The notes beneath the pieces are model-generated. The model had not been told where the DNA came from, did not search any database, and saw only the letters and a program-made list of their open reading frames with translations. A DNA stretch of 56,054 nt from Chiloscyllium plagiosum (Eukaryota), in contig NC_057718.1 in NCBI RefSeq assembly GCF_004010195.1, positions 54,980,934 to 55,036,987 on the forward strand, written 5' to 3'. Positions 50,370 to 56,054 of this stretch are shown piece by piece (the stretch's first letter is position 1; the number at the start of each line of letters is the position of its first letter). The position numbers and the translations under genes are program-made.

Positions 50370-51223
50370 CTGAGAAGATACCAAGATGGACGCATGGAAA
50401 GTTAAGTTTGTTCCTAAAAGGAAACAACTCCAGAATTAGTTGCAGTGAAACACAGATGAGATTCAAAGACTGGTTTCTGCAACTAAGCAACATTATTTCC
50501 TTTCAGGCAGGCAGAGCATTTCATTAGTTTTGAATTAATTGAGCTTTAATTAATTGAAAATTTCAAAAGTGAGACTGATTTTTTTGTTTGTTGGGAATGT
50601 TTATTCAGGGAAACCGATTAAGGGAGAGAGATGTAGATCAATTATAATAGAAGTAAGTGCAAGCAGATGAGTGGCTCAACAACCTAGTCCCATTCCTATG
50701 CACATGATCAAGTGCAAAAATGTTTTGACACCTTTGTAGGATATGCTGATAACAGGTAGGAGCCAGATTGCAGGGAGTGAAAGAACAGAAGTACAGATAC
50801 ATTGGGCTGAAAGCTCCATTTCTTGTGCTGTCACTTCTACAGAATGCAGAACAAAACACGATATCGATGAATACAAAGGATGGTATTCTTGGCAGCAGCA
50901 GGTATTCCTGCATATACAGCTTTAGGTTGCAGAGATTCGGACTCTTCATAAGGGAACATGTGAACATGTTTTCAACTTAATAAAAGTACCGAGGCTTAAG
51001 TTGATGTTTCTCAGTGGCAGACAAACCATTCTTACATATTTTCTGTAAAATGTTAAAAGTTTTATTTATATTGTAATGATAATATAGACCAGAAACCTGG
51101 CTGATAGCAAGCTTGGATTGAAAGTGATCACCCATCATTCATGCTGCTGAGTAAGTAATTCCTTACTTTAATAGTAACTTTGCATTGAACTGTTCAGGAG
51201 TTTGCAAATGGTGGGATACTAAC

Positions 51224-51370
51224 CAACTTGCTCTCCCCAGCGGATTTGAGTCTCTCCTGAATTTTGGTGGTGGTTTGGAGCATATGTTGAACCTCCTCCT
51301 GCTGTTTCAGAATCAGCTGCCTCTCCCTGTGAGCAGCCTTGTTGGCTTCTTGAAGATGCCTGATTCCAGC
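51224..51370 (-). CDS. CEP350: CEP350-like exon
   Basis: CACAG acceptor and TTG|GTTAGT donor; 49 codons AGIRHLQEANKAAHRERQLILKQQEEVQHMLQTTTKIQERLKSAGESKL, matching recalled CEP350 AEIKRLQEANKAARKERQLILKQQEE...LKSAGESKL. Confidence 0.88.
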
Positions 51371-51622
51371 CTGTGATGAAATTGTATACAATGTATTACC
51401 ATGTTAGAGACCAACCAAACCCGTCTTTACGTCGTCAATAAATTTATTTTGACGACAGAGTACAGACAAAAATGAAGACAGGGCACACAACTCCATAACC
51501 CATTAAGTTCTAAGTTGCACAGTTTCCAAGTGGCACTGTGCAACGTTTACAACTTATAATGCTTGTTCTTGATGAAAACTTTGTGGGTTTTTTCGACAAA
51601 ATGTATTGTCAACACAAACTCA

Positions 51623-52339
51623 NNNNNNNNNNNNNNNNNNNNNNNNNNNNNNNNNNNNNNNNNNNNNNNNNNNNNNNNNNNNNNNNNNNNNNNNNNNNNN
51701 NNNNNNNNNNNNNNNNNNNNNNNNNNNNNNNNNNNNNNNNNNNNNNNNNNNNNNNNNNNNNNNNNNNNNNNNNNNNNNNNNNNNNNNNNNNNNNNNNNNN
51801 NNNNNNNNNNNNNNNNNNNNNNNNNNNNNNNNNNNNNNNNNNNNNNNNNNNNNNNNNNNNNNNNNNNNNNNNNNNNNNNNNNNNNNNNNNNNNNNNNNNN
51901 NNNNNNNNNNNNNNNNNNNNNNNNNNNNNNNNNNNNNNNNNNNNNNNNNNNNNNNNNNNNNNNNNNNNNNNNNNNNNNNNNNNNNNNNNNNNNNNNNNNN
52001 NNNNNNNNNNNNNNNNNNNNNNNNNNNNNNNNNNNNNNNNNNNNNNNNNNNNNNNNNNNNNNNNNNNNNNNNNNNNNNNNNNNNNNNNNNNNNNNNNNNN
52101 NNNNNNNNNNNNNNNNNNNNNNNNNNNNNNNNNNNNNNNNNNNNNNNNNNNNNNNNNNNNNNNNNNNNNNNNNNNNNNNNNNNNNNNNNNNNNNNNNNNN
52201 NNNNNNNNNNNNNNNNNNNNNNNNNNNNNNNNNNNNNNNNNNNNNNNNNNNNNNNNNNNNNNNNNNNNNNNNNNNNNNNNNNNNNNNNNNNNNNNNNNNN
52301 NNNNNNNNNNNNNNNNNNNNNNNNNNNNNNNNNNNNNNN
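51623..52339. other. Assembly gap (717 N)
   Basis: Run of N. Confidence 1.
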
Positions 52340-52390
52340 GCTTTCGAGAATTGCACATTAGCTCTTGCTGCTGGGCAAGTTGGAAAGTGT

Positions 52391-52486
52391 TTCTGGATTA
52401 GTGGTGCTGGAAGAGCACAGCAGTTCAGGCAGCATCCAAGGAGCTTCGAAATCGACGTTTCGGGCAAAAGCCCTTCATCAGGAATA
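52391..52486 (-). mobile_element. 96-bp Penelope-derived insertion with 14-bp TSD
   Basis: TSD AAGTTGGAAAGTGT at 52377-52390 and 52487-52500; PLE 3' terminus plus hammerhead. Confidence 0.88.
52450..52485 (-). ncRNA. Minimal type-I hammerhead ribozyme motif with intact catalytic core
   Basis: AUUC-CUGAUGA-A-GGGC-UUUU-GCCC-GAAA-CG-UC-GAUU: conserved CUGANGA and GAAA boxes, 4-bp stem II, GUC cleavage triplet, short stem I. Confidence 0.75.
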
Positions 52487-52769
52487 AAGTTGGAAAGTGT
52501 GCCTGGGTTGAGTGAATACATAATCTGGCAAATCTGTAGTGGGTCCAACAGCAAATAACGTAACATTCAAAGTCTGCGTGACACTGCCTGACACTGCGTG
52601 ATTGGTAAAACCTCTGCCAACAAAAATCAGCAACTTGTTGAGACCATCACTATATTTTCTCAGTTTTGGTTTGGAACTGTGAGCTGAAGTTAAGAATTGA
52701 ACTTTGAAAAGCAACTTGTTTTAAAACAACTGAATAAGGTTCAGTCATTTATAATACCAGAGTTGATTT

Positions 52770-53360
52770 TACTCCTCTTCTTGAATAAGGGGACGACATT
52801 TGTTATCCTCCAGTCTTCTGGCACTATTCCTGTAGACAATGACAACATAAAGATCAAATCTCAAGGTTCTGCAATCTCCTCCCTGGCTTCCCAGAGAATC
52901 CTCAGATTAATCCCATCCAGCCTAGAGGCCTTATCTATTTTCGCACTGTTCCGAATTGCTAACACCTCCTTATGAACCTCAATCCCGTCTAGTCTAATAG
53001 CCTGCATCGCAGTATTCTCCTCGACAACACTATCTTTTTCCGGTGTGAATACGAACAATATTCATTTCGTGCTTCCCCATCTCCTCGGACTCCATGCACA
53101 ACATCCCACAACTATCCTTGATTGGCCCTGATCTTTCTCGTCATTCTTTTCTTCCTGATATACTTATGGAAAGCTGTATGGTTTTCCTTGATCCCATCTG
53201 CCAGTGATTTTTCATGTTTCCTCCTGGCTCTTCGTAGCTCTCTCTTTAGGTCTTTCCTCACTAACTTGTAACTCTCAAGCTCCCTAACTGAGCTTCACGT
53301 CTCAACATAAGCCTTTTCTTCCTCTTGACAAGAGATTCAACTTCTTTAGTAAACCACAGC
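52770..53360 (-). mobile_element. CR1-type LINE ORF2 internal fragment
   Basis: Minus-strand KIDKASRLDGINLRILWEAREEIAEP and upstream linker motifs as in 10871-11600. Confidence 0.82.
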
Positions 53361-53789
53361 TCCGGACACATGGTATAATGATTCTGGAATTTACAGACAA
53401 ACTTGGATAAATCTGCCCAAGTAGATCACACAGTTTCACCACTGCTGAATTAGCAACTAAACCAGAAAGAGAATGATCAGGGTTTAAGATTTTGTTAAAC
53501 AGCAAATTCTTCTAAATATTTTATAACTTTAATGCCCCTCCATGCTTGTCATACTCAATTTAGAGAAAATTTATTTCAACAAGATAATGCTTATGCTCAC
53601 AAAATTAATAAGGGTATTTTAAAAGAAAATCAGGAAATAAAAGGTTGGTGTCAGTAAAAGTGTCCACAAAGATGTTGAGCAGCCATAAAAACCCAACTAA
53701 TTCATGGAGGGACTTTGAAGAAGGAAATCTTCTGCCCATAACTAGTGTGGCATATGTGACTACAGTGTTACGGCAGCATGGATGGCATG

Positions 53790-54445
53790 CACACCATACC
53801 TACCAAGCATTGACCATCTCTTGAAATCCTTTTGATATGAAGTGGTATTATCATCACTGCTTCCCTCACAATTAACACATTAGAGTTACCCTCGACCTGA
53901 AACTGAACCGGATCAGCTAAACAATACTGTGTCAACAAAACCAGGTCAGAAGCTGAAAATTCTTCACTAAGTAACTCACTTCTTGTCTCCCCAGTACATG
54001 CCCTTGAAACATAACATCAAATAGAATGTAGCAACCTGCTTGATCAGCATCACATTCACCAATCTATACATTCACGTCCTTCACCAATAAACAGTGAGAG
54101 CTATGTGCACTATATAATGCACTGCGGGAACTCACTCAATTCCTTCAACAGCATCTTCAAAGCCTGTGACCTCTACCACCTAAAAGGATACAGACGTAGA
54201 TAACATGGTAACACCATTACTTGTAAATTCCTCTCCAAGCCATACAACATCCTGACTTAGCAATATATCATTCCTTCACAGCTATAGGATCAAAATCCCA
54301 GGTCCTCCTTTCCTGTCAGCATTGTGGTTGTACCTGTAGCAGGTGAACTGCAGATGTTTGAGGAAATGGCTCACTATCACCTTCCCAAGTGCAATGAAGG
54401 ATGGACAACAATACTGGCCTTAACAGCAGCGAAGAAATCCATTGA
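53790..54445 (+). mobile_element. Old CR1-like LINE 3' fragment
   Basis: Similar to 18100-18500 (CAACAGCATCTTCAAAGCCTGTGACCTCTACCACC; GGATCAAAATCC). Confidence 0.6.
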
Positions 54446-54901
54446 AGTAATTTGTTTAAAATCCTTACCCGTGGGTTAGGACAAGAGTGTTGCACAATCT
54501 GTTCCAGAGCCCTGAACTCCAAACCTAACAGCACTTGCGAGTTGGTATGTTTATATTGACCAAGCAGATTGCAGTAGCTCAAGGGAGCTCACCACCATGA
54601 CCATTTCGAGGATGAGGGATAGTAAATAAATACCAGCATTACCGGAAACATCCCAAATTCAAAGAACAAGCTTAAAAATTAAAAAAAAGTCAAAATTACA
54701 TTCATTCTACTCATTCCAAACAGTGATAAGGGGAAAGATGATGTGAATACCTAGATTCTGCACAACAGCCTCACAGCAATGAGAAAAGACAACAGCTTTC
54801 CTCCCTCTCCGGAGTGTATTACTAGAAGTATCTGCACATTCTTACATTGCATTTTTGAAAGGCTATTCAGCTTAACATCACTGCATAGGTCAGCTACTCA
54901 C

Positions 54902-55089
54902 TTTTTCTGGTGCTCCAAACAGGCCAGCTCTGCTTTGGTCTTTTCCTTCAAGACTTGTCCTCTCAGCTTGAGGAGTGACACCTGGTGCTGTGCACGCATC
55001 TCCTCCCCCTCCATGTATTGTCGCACCATCGCCATGGTGAATTTAGAGAAACTGTCTTGACCTCCTGAAAAGGGCATGCTCAAATCATG
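54902..55089 (-). CDS. CEP350: CEP350-like exon
   Basis: TGTTCAG acceptor and AA|GTGAGT donor; HDLSMPFSGGQDSFSKFTMAMVRQYMEGEEMRAQHQVSLLKLRGQVLKEKTKAELACLEHQK, matching recalled CEP350 GGQDSFSKFTMEMVRQYM..EEMRA.HQSSLL.LRE..LKEKTKAELAWLEHQKK. Confidence 0.9.
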
Positions 55090-55474
55090 CTGAACAGTGA
55101 AAGACAGGAGGACAAACAGTACAGAGTGAGGTGATCTGCTTCCCCTGACCCAAGCAAAACTTGCTCCATAATCCATGAAAACTCAGGACTGACTGCAGAC
55201 AACAACAACAATTAAAAGTAGTTGGAGTATCATCAGACATGCCAATCGTGCTGCATCACAAGTGATCCCATCAAACTATCCCAATATTTATCAGGAGAAG
55301 TAAATGCTGACTATCTTATTTCATCATCTGTAAAACACATTAAGACTGGCAAAGTCCCTCATACTGATAATTTTCTGGTCAGGACTCCAGTTACTAATTT
55401 GCTGCCAGGTTCTGATAAATAACCAAAAACAGAATAGGGGTTGCACATACGGAGAATAAGGGTGTCATGGTTAC

Positions 55475-56054
55475 ATCAACATTCGCCAGGAGGAGGCTAT
55501 TTAGCTTCTTGAGCCTATTCCACCATTCACCCAAATCATGGTAATCTTCAACATCATGACAAATCCCTGTCTTTGTCCCATAATCCTTCAGCATTTTGGT
55601 TCAAAATCTACCAATCTCAGATTTAAAATTTGTAACTGATTTCAAATCAATCACTGTTTGTGGAAGGGAGTTTCAAACTTCATCCATTTCCATGTGCAAA
55701 AGTGTTCCACAATATCACACCGCAATGTTCTGACTCTCACATTTTATCTATTCAATCTCTCTTCTTAAATTAAGCCTCTGAGCCCAAATATCACTTCAGT
55801 AAGTCTACATTGCACTTCCACCAAGAGTGATACTCTTCTTAAGCCATGGTGCCCAGCCCTGACGGCTTGGACTGACTAGGTTTTGAACTGCTGAAGCATG
55901 ACTTCTAATCCTTTGTTTCCGAGTCTTCTTTGGACATAAATGTCAACATTCCACTGGCCCCTTGATCACTTTTCTGAGCCTGTTTGTGACATTTTCATGA
56001 ACTGTAGGCAGCTGGATCACACCCTTCAAGTTTCTTTAAACTCCACTGTCTCTC
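55475..56054 (-). mobile_element. Old CR1-type LINE 3' fragment
   Basis: AGGAGGCTATTTAGCTTCTTGAGCCTATTCCACCATTC is the reverse complement of a CR1 3' UTR. Confidence 0.6.

Noticed and set aside
50638..50980. Overlapping ORFs as the next CIMIP6-like exon
   Set aside because: None contains the expected WW...PPY...STQRSDF-type motif.
51538..52566. Long ORFs (249-339 aa) in the ORF track
   Set aside because: Artefacts of translating the N gap; the same applies to 48285-48860.
1..56054. CRISPR arrays or prokaryotic systems
   Set aside because: Vertebrate repeat landscape with no regularly spaced repeat-spacer array or operon-like gene density.

Overview
Repeat-rich vertebrate genomic DNA, almost certainly from a shark or other elasmobranch: it carries HE1-type tRNA-derived SINEs, CR1/HER1-type LINEs and abundant Penelope-like elements (PLEs). 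There are two N gaps (48301-48800 and 51623-52339). Host-gene content is sparse. On the + strand there is a CpG-enriched promoter with an RFX X-box (about 27.5 kb), a probable first exon, and a 181-nt exon at 45184-45364 resembling C2orf73/CIMIP6. On the - strand there are three CEP350-like exons (55089 down to 50179) with intact splice sites but apparent CpG-decay substitutions and no recognisable downstream exons. The rest is mostly transposon debris: an internally deleted full-length L1 with a TSD, an old Gypsy LTR element with nested insertions, a Harbinger Myb/SANT-like remnant, many CR1/L2 fragments and solo-LTR-like pieces. The most interesting signals are (1) several short, often TSD-flanked or palindromic PLE-derived insertions that carry minimal hammerhead-ribozyme motifs and repeatedly begin just upstream of the ribozyme, (2) a 691-bp palindrome in which a PLE hairpin is extended by an inverted duplication of host flank, and (3) the CEP350-like fragment facing the CIMIP6-like gene across a round 500-N gap. 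All protein identifications come from recalled family motifs, not database searches.
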